Shown here one piece after another: positions 1-9,766 of a stretch of DNA of 64,000 nucleotides. The notes beneath the pieces were generated by a model. It was not told the DNA's origin. It saw nothing but the letters and a program-made list of their open reading frames with translations, and made no database searches. Made by a program: the position numbers and the translations under genes. The DNA comes from Patescibacteria group bacterium (lineage in GTDB: Bacteria; Patescibacteriota; Microgenomatia; UBA1400; PJMF01). Within the stretch, counting starts at the first letter, position 1. The number at the start of each line of letters is the position of its first letter. The stretch lies in the NCBI GenBank assembly GCA_039934415.1, contig JBDTME010000001.1:265417-329416 (forward strand), in the 5' to 3' direction.

Positions 1-1
1 T

Positions 2-1009
2 TTAGAAGCTCATCAAATAGTAAATTCCAGAATGAGTTTGAGGTAAATTTGATGAGAGTGTTGCAAGTGGATTTATCTTTTGCAAAGATGAACTTAACAG
101 GCTTTCAAAAAAACCTCGTTCTGTGTACTCTACGACTGTTGGGTCTTTGATATCTGCTAACGTCTTTGCACGATTAATAGCAGTATCTACAGTTCCCAAT
201 TCATTAACTAAACCATTTTCTTTTGCTTGTTTTCCGGTATAAATACGACCGTCTGCAATTTGGCGAACTTTTGCTTCATCCATGTTTCGCCCATCAGCAA
301 TAGCATGCACAAATTGATCATATGCTTCATTAATCATTGATTGAAATATTTGTTTTTCTGAATCAGTCATAGGTCTTTGCGGCGAACCAATGTCTTTAAA
401 TTCACCAGATTTTATCGTGCGCATCTGCACACCTAATTTATTTAACAAATCATTGTATTGAGGAAATTGGGCGATGACACCTATGGAACCTGTTATCGTA
501 GCCGGGTTTGCAATGATCTCTGTAGCACCCGCCGAAATATAGTATCCGCCTGAAGCTGCCATATCACCGAAACTTACTATCACAGGTTTTTTGGCTTTCA
601 GTTCTTTGACTTTTCGATAGATCTCGTCAGATGCGACGACACCACCGCCTGGACTATTTACTTTAAGCACAACAGCCTTTATCTCGTCGTCATTCATGAC
701 GTGATCAAGCAAAGGGATTACTTTTTTAGCAGAAATGACTCCAGATGAGAAAGCTAACGGGTCATTATTCGTATCTTCTGCCACGATATCGCCTGATAAA
801 GGAATGATCGCTACTTTTTCACTTCCCCCTGATGTAACGGTTCGGGTAGGGTAAGTAGGCAACTCCTTAGATGTTGAAGTTCCAATCACCACCAAAGCAA
901 TAAGTGCTATTGCAAACAGTGAACCAATCACACTGGTGACAACAATCCAGATTTTGGCAAGAAGTTTTAAAAATTTAGTGATGTAACTCATGAGTGAATA
1001 ATACCACAT
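2..1009 (-). CDS. sppA: signal peptide peptidase SppA (36K type)
   Basis: 335-aa ORF with an N-terminal TM helix, then a ClpP/crotonase-like core with PVIVSFGDMAASGGYYIS and TGSIGV segments typical of SppA. Confidence 0.8.
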   Translation of the reverse strand: MWYYSLMSYITKFLKLLAKIWIVVTSVIGSLFAIALIALVVIGTSTSKELPTYPTRTVTSGGSEKVAIIPLSGDIVAEDTNNDPLAFSSGVISAKKVIPLLDHVMNDDEIKAVVLKVNSPGGGVVASDEIYRKVKELKAKKPVIVSFGDMAASGGYYISAGATEIIANPATITGSIGVIAQFPQYNDLLNKLGVQMRTIKSGEFKDIGSPQRPMTDSEKQIFQSMINEAYDQFVHAIADGRNMDEAKVRQIADGRIYTGKQAKENGLVNELGTVDTAINRAKTLADIKDPTVVEYTERGFFESLLSSSLQKINPLATLSSNLPQTHSGIYYLMSF

Positions 1010-1073
1010 ATATTAAAAGAACTACTTTTTTTTACTTCCTTATACGCTTAAAAACCTTTATAGTAATACTCAT

Positions 1074-2828
1074 ATGATACTTCTCATCGCGTTTGCTTTC
1101 ATCGCCGGGGTCGTCACTATTCTTTCTCCATGCATCCTGCCGATACTGCCGATTGTTTTATCTGGTTCTTTAACTGGTGGAAAAAGAAAACCGCTTGGCA
1201 TTGTGACAGGGTTTGTAGGAAGTTTCACTTTTTTTACTCTTTTTTTATCTGCACTCGTTAAAGCATTTCATATTTCTCCAGATGTGTTGAGAGTTTTTTC
1301 GATCGTTGTGATTTTTCTGTTTGGTTTGAGTATCATCATTCCAAAAGTACAAGAGTACCTGGAAATACTTTTTTCCAAGGTCAGCAATGCGCTCAGTCCA
1401 AAACAACAAAAGGACGGTTTTTTGGCGGGAGTTGTTGTCGGATTAAGTTTAGGTTTACTCTGGACACCATGCGTTGGTCCGATCCTGGCATCGGTGATTA
1501 CATTGGCTTTGACTGGTTCGGTAACCACAACCGCTTTTTTCATTACACTATCTTACTCACTAGGAACTGCTCTGCCGATGTTACTCATCACATATACTGG
1601 CAGAGGTTTGTTCCAAAAAGTTCCTTGGCTGCTTTCAAACACGAAACGCATCCAGCAAGGATTTGGCGTCATCATGATGCTGACTGCTTTTGCACTTATG
1701 TTTAATCTTGACCGTAAGTTTCAAGTTTGGGTACTTCAAACATTCCCTAACTACGGAACAGGACTGACAACCTTTGAACAAAATGATGCAGTGCGTTCAC
1801 AGCTTCAAAAATTGCAACCTGAATCGTCAAATAGTGAAATTCAGAATGCCAATGGGAAACCAAGTTTTGAAATGCTATCTGATTTAGGCAAAGCTCCAGA
1901 GTTTATACCTGGTGGTCAGTGGTTCAATTTAGCCGATGGCAAAACAAGTTTAAGCATGAAGGAACTACGAGGGAAAGTTGTGCTTGTCGATTTCTGGACA
2001 TACAGTTGTATTAACTGCATACGGACTCTGCCTTATTTGAAGGATTGGAATCAAAAATATGCTGACAAAGGTTTGGTCATCGTTGGTGTCCACTCACCTG
2101 AGTTTGAGTTTGAGAAGAATGCGAAAAACGTTGGACAAGCAATCAAGGATTTTGGAATTCTGTATCCTGTTGTGCAGGATAATAACTTTGAAACCTGGCA
2201 AGCCTTCGGTGGCAATACTTGGCCAAGACATTACTTGATTGATAAAGATGGTGTCATTCGAGAGTTTCATTCAGGAGAAGGGAAGTATGCAGAGACAGAA
2301 GCTGCAATTCAAGAGCTAATTAAAGCAATGGGCACAGATGTGAGTGATGTGCCAATCAATAAACAAACATATGATATTAATACACAATCACCTGAAACAT
2401 ATATCGGCCTTGCTCGTATGGAAGGTCTTGCTTCACCAGAAGAAGTAAAGCAAGATGAAGCAGTAAACTTCACAGCACCGGATCGTCTACGTTTAAATGA
2501 ATTTAGTTTAAAAGGAAGTTGGACAGTAGCTGAAGAACTTGCTTCACCAGCAACAGGGTCAGAACTTCAGTATCACTTCAAAGCGCAGAACGTATTCTTA
2601 GTCATGAAGCCTCACACTGCGGGTACGTCGGGTAAGGTAGAAGTGTACTTAGATAACCAGTTGTTAAAAACTACATTAATTCCCACCGATGTTGATAAAA
2701 ATGGCACGATTACAATTGATCAGGATCGCCTGTATACACTGATAAAATTGGATGGTGCTGAAGAACACACAGTTAAGCTAAAGTTCTTAGACAACAATGT
2801 TGAAGTATTTGCTTTTACTTTTGGGTAA
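1074..2828 (+). CDS. CcdA/DsbD-type thiol-disulfide transporter fused to a TlpA/ResA-like thioredoxin domain with an extra C-terminal domain
   Basis: The polytopic N-terminal half carries the two CcdA cysteines (LSPCILP and WTPCVGP). The periplasmic half carries the redoxin motif DFWTYSCINCIRTLP (CxxC). About 180 further residues have no recognisable family. Confidence 0.75.
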   Translation: MILLIAFAFIAGVVTILSPCILPILPIVLSGSLTGGKRKPLGIVTGFVGSFTFFTLFLSALVKAFHISPDVLRVFSIVVIFLFGLSIIIPKVQEYLEILFSKVSNALSPKQQKDGFLAGVVVGLSLGLLWTPCVGPILASVITLALTGSVTTTAFFITLSYSLGTALPMLLITYTGRGLFQKVPWLLSNTKRIQQGFGVIMMLTAFALMFNLDRKFQVWVLQTFPNYGTGLTTFEQNDAVRSQLQKLQPESSNSEIQNANGKPSFEMLSDLGKAPEFIPGGQWFNLADGKTSLSMKELRGKVVLVDFWTYSCINCIRTLPYLKDWNQKYADKGLVIVGVHSPEFEFEKNAKNVGQAIKDFGILYPVVQDNNFETWQAFGGNTWPRHYLIDKDGVIREFHSGEGKYAETEAAIQELIKAMGTDVSDVPINKQTYDINTQSPETYIGLARMEGLASPEEVKQDEAVNFTAPDRLRLNEFSLKGSWTVAEELASPATGSELQYHFKAQNVFLVMKPHTAGTSGKVEVYLDNQLLKTTLIPTDVDKNGTITIDQDRLYTLIKLDGAEEHTVKLKFLDNNVEVFAFTFG

Positions 2829-2830
2829 GA

Positions 2831-3280
2831 TTATTCAGCCCGCTCGAGCTCTGGTTTGTTTCTCAAATAACTGCTTAACCGTTCAATGATCCTATCACTC
2901 CACAACTTTCTGGACCGATTCTGTTCTTCTTCACGGCCAGGGATGTTAGTGATTTTCAAGTCAATATATTGATCTCCCAAAATTAGTGTGGTGGTAGCAA
3001 AGTGTCCTTCAGGCCAAATTTCTCGCAAATCTCTGTCATCAAAACGCCACAAAAAGATGAGATGTGTTGATGAAGTTCCAGGTGTATCTATTTCACCAAG
3101 CTGTCCCACGATCTGTTGTCCGTCGACAATCCAACGAAACTCATAGCCCTTGTGTGGATGCATTCCTAACTTACTATCAATGCTAAGCGCACTTTCTAAA
3201 TTATGCTCATTGAGCAACGCGTGCCAAATCTGCTCTTCTGTGCCTACATCATGAAAAATGTGATGAAAATCTTGCGCCAT
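2831..3280 (-). CDS. SRPBCC/AHSA1-like small protein (start trimmed to MAQDF...)
   Basis: The track ORF 2831-3469 overlaps the upstream DUF4349 gene, so the internal Met at about 3280 gives a roughly 149-aa product. Its pattern GMHPHKGYEFRWIVDG...THLIFLW resembles Activator-of-Hsp90-ATPase-like SRPBCC proteins. Confidence 0.4.
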   Translation of the reverse strand: MAQDFHHIFHDVGTEEQIWHALLNEHNLESALSIDSKLGMHPHKGYEFRWIVDGQQIVGQLGEIDTPGTSSTHLIFLWRFDDRDLREIWPEGHFATTTLILGDQYIDLKITNIPGREEEQNRSRKLWSDRIIERLSSYLRNKPELERAE

Positions 3281-3315
3281 AAAACCTCTCAGAATTAAAA
3301 GGATTATACATCCCT

Positions 3316-4206
3316 TTAATTCATTTTTTTTCTTACCACCAAGATGATCGCTCCAATGATCAACAGTATCGGACTGTAGACGCCCACCCAGATTCCAGCT
3401 GAACCTACTTGTCGTAAGTTTGCCACCAAAGACCTCACTGCAGTTTTGAAGATTACACTTGGTCTCCATGGTTCATTTGGACTATATGGAAGAGCTAACT
3501 CATCTGTTGAAAGATAAATCGTGATTAAACTACTTTGTGATGTTTTTTCTAAGTATTGAAGTTGACCTTTCAAAGAGTCGATTTGATCTTGAACTTGTAA
3601 GATCGACTGTTGGACTCTCAAAATATCATCAACAGTATTCGCTTTATCTAGCATTGCTTCGAAGGTTGCTTTGGTTTTGGTCAAAGTATTGAGGCGAGCT
3701 TGTGTATCAGTAAATTGGTCAGTGACATCAAAACCTGTCACATTCTCAGATACGACTCGTACTGACAATCCGCGTAAGAATTGTAGAGCGTTTTCTAATT
3801 TATCAGCAGGTACTCTGATGGAGACATTGCCGCTTCCACCTTCTTCTGGAGTTAGCACTGAAGAGTTCACCATGAAACCACCAGCGTTTGTTGCAAATTG
3901 AGTGATCTGATCAATTGAACTACGAACATCTTTCACAAGCAAAGACAGATCAGAGTTTTTCACGACTTTTCTATCGCTCGCTGTCATGTCTACGCTTTGC
4001 GCTGACTGAACAATGGGTGGTGCGTACTTCATAGTTGAAGGAGCTGCAAATGAGTCAGACATGGCAACTCCGGCAGACTCCATCCTGTTGGAGGACACAT
4101 TTACAGGTAAGACTTTACTAGTATCTTTCAGTAGGAAAAACAGAACAATAACTACTAAAGCCACCACTAATTTGTGGTGTTTTAACCAGGAAATGACGTT
4201 TTGCAT
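3316..4206 (-). CDS. DUF4349 domain membrane-anchored protein
   Basis: An N-terminal TM helix is followed by the long DUF4349-like segment VSIRVPADKLENALQFLRGLS...DVTDQFTDTQARLNTL...ILRVQQSILQVQDQIDSLKGQLQYLEKTSQSSLITIYL, then a C-terminal TM helix. Confidence 0.6.
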   Translation of the reverse strand: MQNVISWLKHHKLVVALVVIVLFFLLKDTSKVLPVNVSSNRMESAGVAMSDSFAAPSTMKYAPPIVQSAQSVDMTASDRKVVKNSDLSLLVKDVRSSIDQITQFATNAGGFMVNSSVLTPEEGGSGNVSIRVPADKLENALQFLRGLSVRVVSENVTGFDVTDQFTDTQARLNTLTKTKATFEAMLDKANTVDDILRVQQSILQVQDQIDSLKGQLQYLEKTSQSSLITIYLSTDELALPYSPNEPWRPSVIFKTAVRSLVANLRQVGSAGIWVGVYSPILLIIGAIILVVRKKMN

Positions 4207-4363
4207 ATGAACCTCATTATTTTACTTTGTAATTTAAAATCAACTCAAGACTATGCTCGTTCCATTGCTTTCATCACGTAAACTTCCCTTTACATTGATT
4301 CTATTCTCAAGACTGAAATACTTCAAGAGACCGATAAATCAATGCTATAATTAGGAATAAGAA

Positions 4364-4437
4364 GCCACGGTACCAGAGCGGTTAATGGCCAGGTCTGCAA
4401 AACCTCGGATTCAGGGGTTCAAATCCCCTCCGTGGCT
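4364..4437 (+). tRNA. tRNA-Cys (anticodon GCA)
   Basis: Hand fold: acceptor GCCACGG pairs with CCGTGGC, the D-loop AGCGGTTAA matches tRNA-Cys, the anticodon loop is CTGCAAA, the T-arm is AGGGG-TTCAAAT-CCCCT and the discriminator is T. No CCA is encoded. It is not in the ORF track, and track ORF 4385 starts inside it. Confidence 0.7.
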
Positions 4438-4465
4438 CAAAAAAATTAAATCAACCGGAGCAATA

Positions 4466-5227
4466 AATATGCCAGAAAAAGGAAGATCCAATAACGGTAA
4501 AGATACTAAGGAATACGCTAGACTCTCGAAACAGCGTGAACTTTACACACAATCGTATGGGACTGAGATTGATCTATTTACCACTGTTATCATTGACCGT
4601 GTAGAAGAAGGTTTTGAAGATTACGTACTTTCAAGAGAAGATAAAGACGCAATCAAGTCTTTAATTGTTGCATGGGTGCAAGAGAATAGAAAAGGTTCAA
4701 GCTTGAAAAAATATAGTCAAGACGACTACAAGTCCACAGAACTGAGAGATGAGTTACGAGGTGAATTGCAGCCTTTTTTTCCTGGAAAAGATGCTTCTTT
4801 TTTTTCTAAGGTGATAAGTGAAATCATGACAAAATATGAAAAATTGGCTACCTTGGAAGAACAAATTGAGACCTCTCCAGTAGTTCAAAAGAAACCAAAT
4901 AAATTCGTTCAGGAAATTAATATAGATGAAAAAATTGATGCAGAAGAAATCTATAAGCTTTTTCTGGCGTTCAAGGCAAGACTGCTTGATCCAAACCGTG
5001 GTGCAGGCGATGCTGCAAGTTCACAAGAGAAAAAAAGACTAGAAAGTCTATTAGCCTCGCAAAGAACAGGTCTTGACGCTCTGTCAACTTTATTTGAAGA
5101 TAATAACGCTACATGGTCGAGCGCGGCAGCTGGTAGCAAAGCCACAATAGGCATCATGCAAAGACTACTAGCAAGTTTTAGACAAGAACTCAAAAGAGTG
5201 AAGAAATCGTCTGATGACAATCTTTAG
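4466..5227 (+). CDS. hypothetical charged/coiled-coil protein
   Basis: The track ORF 4385-5227 starts inside tRNA-Cys, so the internal Met at 4466 (MPEKGRSNNG...) is more plausible. No recognisable domain. Confidence 0.45.
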   Translation, partial: NMPEKGRSNNGKDTKEYARLSKQRELYTQSYGTEIDLFTTVIIDRVEEGFEDYVLSREDKDAIKSLIVAWVQENRKGSSLKKYSQDDYKSTELRDELRGELQPFFPGKDASFFSKVISEIMTKYEKLATLEEQIETSPVVQKKPNKFVQEINIDEKIDAEEIYKLFLAFKARLLDPNRGAGDAASSQEKKRLESLLASQRTGLDALSTLFEDNNATWSSAAAGSKATIGIMQRLLASFRQELKRVKKSSDDNL

Positions 5228-5462
5228 CTAATAAAATTTCGGACATTTGAGAAAAAATATTGGAATTTATCCTTCATTTTCATCGGGAGCTTCCTGCTAC
5301 CAAGCAAAATCGTTAATACTCGTCTCTATAGTTTCACGCAATACAGCCTGATTTGCATCACCAGGTGAAACAAATGATTTCGACAACCATTTTTGTGTTT
5401 CTAGACTATCTGTGTTTCCTCTCAACCGAGACTTCTCGCCCGTCTGGTGATAAAATAGCTTT

Positions 5463-6644
5463 GTGAAAACTACCAGCCCGACCTACTATATCCATACCTT
5501 TGGTTGCCAATCCAACAAAAGCGATTCTGAACGTATTGCTGGAGATTATGAGGCTCGAGGGTATAAAGAGTCTCTTACTTGGCAAAAAGCCGATGAAATC
5601 GTCGTTAATACCTGTGCAATTCGAAAAAGAGCCGAAGACCGAGCCGTTGGGTTTTTACTCAACGTAGTCAAACATTTCGAGGATAGAAAACAAAAGAAAC
5701 CAAAACTTATTCTGACTGGCTGCATGACTCATCACGGCCACTCCACATTGTATGAGTTGATGCCGATGATCGATGAGATTCTCCCCATCAATGAAGTAGG
5801 ATTTAATCAGGCAGCAATTCGTAAAGATTCACCTCAAACAAATGGAACAAAACATGCTTGGGTACCGATCTCCGCAGGGTGCAACTCATTCTGTACTTTC
5901 TGTATTGTCCCTTACTCTCGCGGTCGTGAACAATCTCGCTCGTTTGAATCAATTATGGAGGAAGTTGAGCACCTAGTCGATCAAGGCTATGAAGAAATCA
6001 CTTTACTCGGACAAAACGTTAACTCTTGGGGTTTGGAAAAAATTGGAGTTGGTCTGCGAAAAATGATGTTGTCGAGTGAAACCTTCTCTCTTAAAGATAT
6101 TCCTTCAAACGTCTCACAATATGAGAAACCAAATGGAGTTCCGCCGTTCGTCCGTTTGTTACAAGCCGTATCAGCACTCCCACAAATCAAAATCGTTCGA
6201 TTTATCTCAGCTAATCCATGGGATTTCCATGATGAGCTTATTGAAGAAATCGGTCGCAATAAAAAGCTTGATCGCTACATTCATTTGCCAATCCAATCTG
6301 GCAGCAACTCGATGTTAAAGAAAATGAATCGTGGATATACTCGTGAAAACTATCTAGAGCTTGTTCGTAAATTAAAATCAGTCGATTCGGAAATAGTGTT
6401 AGGTACCGACATTATAGTAGGATTTCCTGGTGAAACCTCAGAAGAGTTTGAACAAACAGTTGATCTTGCAAAACAAGTAAACTGGAAAGCTGGCTTTGTA
6501 GCTCAGTACTCTCCTCGTCCAGGCACTGCAGCCTGGAAACTCTATCAGGATGACATCTCTCCACAAATTAAAAAACAACGCTGGGAAATTCTTGATCAAA
6601 TCATAAATAAAGATAATTTATCGATCAGACCAAAGATTGTATGA
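5463..6644 (+). CDS. miaB: MiaB-like tRNA methylthiotransferase (radical SAM MTTase) lacking a TRAM domain
   Basis: GTG start. It has the MTTase N-domain HTFGCQSN and the radical SAM motif SAGCNSFCTFCIVPYSRGRE. The protein ends shortly after the radical SAM core with no C-terminal TRAM. Confidence 0.8.
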   Translation: MKTTSPTYYIHTFGCQSNKSDSERIAGDYEARGYKESLTWQKADEIVVNTCAIRKRAEDRAVGFLLNVVKHFEDRKQKKPKLILTGCMTHHGHSTLYELMPMIDEILPINEVGFNQAAIRKDSPQTNGTKHAWVPISAGCNSFCTFCIVPYSRGREQSRSFESIMEEVEHLVDQGYEEITLLGQNVNSWGLEKIGVGLRKMMLSSETFSLKDIPSNVSQYEKPNGVPPFVRLLQAVSALPQIKIVRFISANPWDFHDELIEEIGRNKKLDRYIHLPIQSGSNSMLKKMNRGYTRENYLELVRKLKSVDSEIVLGTDIIVGFPGETSEEFEQTVDLAKQVNWKAGFVAQYSPRPGTAAWKLYQDDISPQIKKQRWEILDQIINKDNLSIRPKIV

Positions 6645-7585
6645 TCTTCATCGTTGGCCCAACAGCGACTGGCAAAACAAAACTCGCCCTCAATCTTGCG
6701 CAAACGCTCAATGCAGACATTTTATCCGCTGACTCAAGACAGCTCTATCAAGGCTTGGAAGTTACCACAGGCGTAGATCTCCCAACTAATTTCAGTGAAT
6801 CCCAAGAGACGCTTGGAGAATATCAATTTTTCACAAACGGACAAATCAATCTGTATGGAGTTAGTTTCTTAAAACAAAATGAAGAATGGTCCATTGCCCA
6901 CTTTCGCGATTACGCTGAACTTGTCTGGCAAAAAACAGTTACTGACAAAAAGCAGTTAATTATTGTGGGAGGCTCAGGGCTGTATCACCACTCTCTTTTT
7001 CTCGACAAATCAACGCTCCAAGTAGAACCTTCAAAAAAATTACGAGAGGAACTTCAAAACTCAACAATTGAAGAGCTCCAAACAAGATTAATTGGCCAAT
7101 ATCCTCAAGTGAGAACGTTGCTCAATGATTCAGATTGGCAAAATCCTCGCCGATTAATGAGATGGATTGAGAAAACGAGTGCAAAAGAGAGTCCGACTCA
7201 ATCTGGAACACCATCAATATTTGGAAGTGAAACTGATCACACCTGGATTGGTCTGAGTTGTAATAAAGAAATACTAGAAAAAAGGATTTGGGACCGTGTA
7301 GAACGTAGAATCGAAACCGGAGCAATTCGAGAAGTGGAGCTACTGCTTGCAAATAACGAGGGAGAAAAATTGCCAAGTCTATCTACTCTAGGCGTAAAAG
7401 ACATTGCCATGTACATTAACAATCAAATTTCGAAAGAAGAGTTACTCACTTTATGGAGTCGACACGAGTTTCAGTACGCCAAACGGCAAATTACTTGGTT
7501 TAAAAAACGTGAGTATATAAATTGGATTGATATGGAAGAGATGTTCACTTCTCAAATGATTAATGATATCCTCAATGAAGTTTAA
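6641..7585 (+). CDS. miaA: tRNA dimethylallyltransferase
   Basis: P-loop IFIVGPTATGKTKLA followed by LSADSRQLYQGLEVTTG. It overlaps miaB by 4 nt (ATGA). Confidence 0.85.
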   Translation: MIFIVGPTATGKTKLALNLAQTLNADILSADSRQLYQGLEVTTGVDLPTNFSESQETLGEYQFFTNGQINLYGVSFLKQNEEWSIAHFRDYAELVWQKTVTDKKQLIIVGGSGLYHHSLFLDKSTLQVEPSKKLREELQNSTIEELQTRLIGQYPQVRTLLNDSDWQNPRRLMRWIEKTSAKESPTQSGTPSIFGSETDHTWIGLSCNKEILEKRIWDRVERRIETGAIREVELLLANNEGEKLPSLSTLGVKDIAMYINNQISKEELLTLWSRHEFQYAKRQITWFKKREYINWIDMEEMFTSQMINDILNEV

Positions 7586-7600
7586 TTTTTTTTACATCAC

Positions 7601-8593
7601 ATGCAAGACAAAACAATTCACATCTCCGTTCGAACTATTTTCATCTTTCTGGGAAGCCTAGCCGTTTTCTATCTATTATTCCGGATTAAAGATATTGCCA
7701 TTTCATTATTCTTATCTCTGATTATCATGTCCGCTATGAATCCGGGTGTGAATAAACTGGAACAAAAAAAAATCCCTAGACCTATTGGAATTGCATTCCT
7801 GTATCTGTGTGTCTTTGGTGTACTTTTCTTGATGTTTACGCTCATCGTGCCGCCTTTGGCAAAAGAACTGAGCATGATGGTCAAGTACCTTCAACCAGCG
7901 AACCTACCAAAAGAACTCGTTGAATTCAAATTCACCATCCAAGACCTCGGCTCAATTTTAGGTCAAGTTGGGACTTCTCTTAACTCTGTTATTTCCGTTA
8001 TTACTACCACTTTTTCAAGTATTTTCTTCTTATTCACATTGCTCGTAATGAGTTTCTACTTGCTCATGGCTCGAAAAACTTTGCATAGACAATTTTTCTG
8101 GCTCCCTCACTCCAAAAAGTTTGAAGAGCTTTCAGAAGAATTCGTCGACACAGTAGAAGTTCAATTAGGTGGTTGGGTACGAGGAGAGTTGGTGCTGATG
8201 TTTAGTATTGGAATAGCAACTTTCGTAGTTTTGACTTTGCTTGCTATTCCATATGCCTTACCACTGGCAGTTTTGGCAGGTTTCTTGGAATTGCTCCCCA
8301 ACATTGGACCCACGATTTCTGCTATTCCAGCAATTTTAATTGCTTTCATTCTCGTTTCACCTACCATGGCTGTCATCGTATTGGCCATGTACGTAATAAT
8401 TCAACAAATTGAGAATAATGTCCTGGTTCCTAAGATTATGAAAGCAGCCGTGAATATCGAACCACTGACAAGTATCATTATGATTTTGATTGGGGTTAAG
8501 TTAGCAGGGGCAGCAGGTGCATTACTAGCTATTCCACTGTATATAACTGTTCGCAGCGTTGTACAAATTTATCTTCGTGAAACACATCGTTAA
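7601..8593 (+). CDS. AI-2E family transporter (PerM/UPF0118)
   Basis: Polytopic 330-aa membrane protein with a C-terminal conserved region of the AI-2E family (IQQIENNVLVPKIM...PLTSIIMILIG). Confidence 0.75.
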   Translation: MQDKTIHISVRTIFIFLGSLAVFYLLFRIKDIAISLFLSLIIMSAMNPGVNKLEQKKIPRPIGIAFLYLCVFGVLFLMFTLIVPPLAKELSMMVKYLQPANLPKELVEFKFTIQDLGSILGQVGTSLNSVISVITTTFSSIFFLFTLLVMSFYLLMARKTLHRQFFWLPHSKKFEELSEEFVDTVEVQLGGWVRGELVLMFSIGIATFVVLTLLAIPYALPLAVLAGFLELLPNIGPTISAIPAILIAFILVSPTMAVIVLAMYVIIQQIENNVLVPKIMKAAVNIEPLTSIIMILIGVKLAGAAGALLAIPLYITVRSVVQIYLRETHR

Positions 8594-8596
8594 TCA

Positions 8597-8627
8597 AAAA
8601 CACTCCGCATAGCGAAGTGTTTTTTTC
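8597..8627. terminator. bidirectional intrinsic terminator between the AI-2E gene (+) and rnpB (-)
   Basis: The perfect hairpin AAAAACACTCCGC-ATAG-CGAAGTGTTTTT has U-runs on both strands. Confidence 0.6.
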
Positions 8628-8940
8628 TCTGATCATAAGCCGGATTTTGTTTATGTGATCATTTCTCTAATGCCTGCAGCTTTATCACCATGATAGGGAA
8701 CACACCATTGAGGTGAAGGTCGTCAGTTGCAGCGGGGAGGATTGCCAATCTCACCAAAGGTGAAACTACCCAGAAGCTTGGTCGTTGCACTCGGCGCCAC
8801 CCGATTCGTCACTGTTGCTCTAACTCTCAACCTGATCGCTTGCGCTTTCAAGCAGGTTCCGTTTTCACGAAACACCCTGTGTTCAGCTGTCCGGACTTTC
8901 CTCCCTGGCTTGCGCCAAGGTAATCACTTGACCAGATCAG
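8628..8940 (-). ncRNA. rnpB: RNase P RNA (bacterial type A-like, compact)
   Basis: The minus strand carries the P4 5' strand AGGGAGGAAAGTCCGGACAGC, the internal GCGCAAGCGATCAGGT...GTGCAACG region (compare E. coli GCGCAAGCGGGAUCAGGUAAG...CAGUGCAAC) and the P4 3' strand ACAAAATCCGGCTTATGATCAG. It is not in the ORF track, and track ORF 8727-8987 is antisense to it. Confidence 0.75.
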
Positions 8941-8942
8941 TT

Positions 8943-8972
8943 ATTATACCAAATCTAAGGCTAACTTGTCAG
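8943..8972 (-). promoter_or_regulatory. sigma70-like promoter of rnpB
   Basis: On the minus strand CTGACA is followed by an 18-nt spacer and a perfect TATAAT. The putative transcription start lies about 7 nt downstream at the CTGATCTGG helix. Confidence 0.5.
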
Positions 8973-9021
8973 TCAAGGATTGGATAGGGTACAATGGCTG
9001 TAATACTAAAAAGGACTTCAC

Positions 9022-9720
9022 ATGGATAACTCTGTTTTCTCCAACTATCTTTCGAGTCTCTATGTAACTAGCTTAGCTCAAACCTATGCTTTTTTACCAA
9101 AAATGATTGGCGCATTATTAGTTTTGCTCATCGGTAGCCTTATTGCCAAATGGATCAAAAAACTGTTGGAAAAATCGTTGGAATTCCTTCATATCTCAAA
9201 GCTAATTAAAAATACGCCACTTGAAGCTTTCTTCCAGAATGCTGAAATTGGCCCAAAGATTGAACACGTCATCGGTACAGTGGGTTACTGGCTTTTTATG
9301 CTGTTGGTGATTCAAACGGCAGTCTCTATTTTAGGACTTCAGTCATTAGCCGTTATCCTTGATCAAGTACTTTCATATATTCCACGTATCTTCTCAGCAA
9401 TTGTCATCTTATTCTTTGGTGTACTGATTGCTGGGGTACTAGAGAGCCTGGTAAAAGGTTCAATTCGTAGTATTGATGGTCATCATGCTCGTTTACTTGG
9501 AAAAATTGCGAGTTATCTGACTTTGACTATTTTCTTGCTTGTCTCTGTTTCGGAGCTTGGGATTGCTCAACAATTCATTATCATTCTCTTTATTGGACTC
9601 GTAACCACAGTTACAATTTCACTTGGTCTCGCCATTGGTTTGGGCAGCAAAGAGGTTGTGCAAAAAATCGCAGACGATTGGTATAAAAACCTCAAAAAAG
9701 AGCTCAAACCAAAAGACTGA
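9022..9720 (+). CDS. membrane protein with conserved-TM-helix repeats (MscS-associated TM_helix-like)
   Basis: 232 aa with repeated hydrophobic helix followed by K/R-rich segments (IGALLVLLIGSLIAKWIKK, FSAIVILFFGVLIAGVLESLVKG). Confidence 0.45.
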   Translation: MDNSVFSNYLSSLYVTSLAQTYAFLPKMIGALLVLLIGSLIAKWIKKLLEKSLEFLHISKLIKNTPLEAFFQNAEIGPKIEHVIGTVGYWLFMLLVIQTAVSILGLQSLAVILDQVLSYIPRIFSAIVILFFGVLIAGVLESLVKGSIRSIDGHHARLLGKIASYLTLTIFLLVSVSELGIAQQFIIILFIGLVTTVTISLGLAIGLGSKEVVQKIADDWYKNLKKELKPKD

Positions 9721-9766
9721 GCCTCGTGTCACCTTCTTGTAAGGTTTGTCAGCTTTAATAGTTTGC

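Noticed and set aside
1268-1705. Two short ORFs (91 aa and 78 aa) inside the CcdA-thioredoxin gene
   Set aside because: They are embedded in or antisense to a well-supported membrane-protein gene. Their composition is typical of shadow ORFs.
4385-4465. The track start of the 280-aa ORF at 4385
   Set aside because: The first 27 codons are the body of tRNA-Cys. The start was moved to the internal ATG at 4466.
8727-8987. 86-aa plus-strand ORF
   Set aside because: It lies entirely antisense to the RNase P RNA gene. It is high in Arg/Leu/Cys and has no start context.
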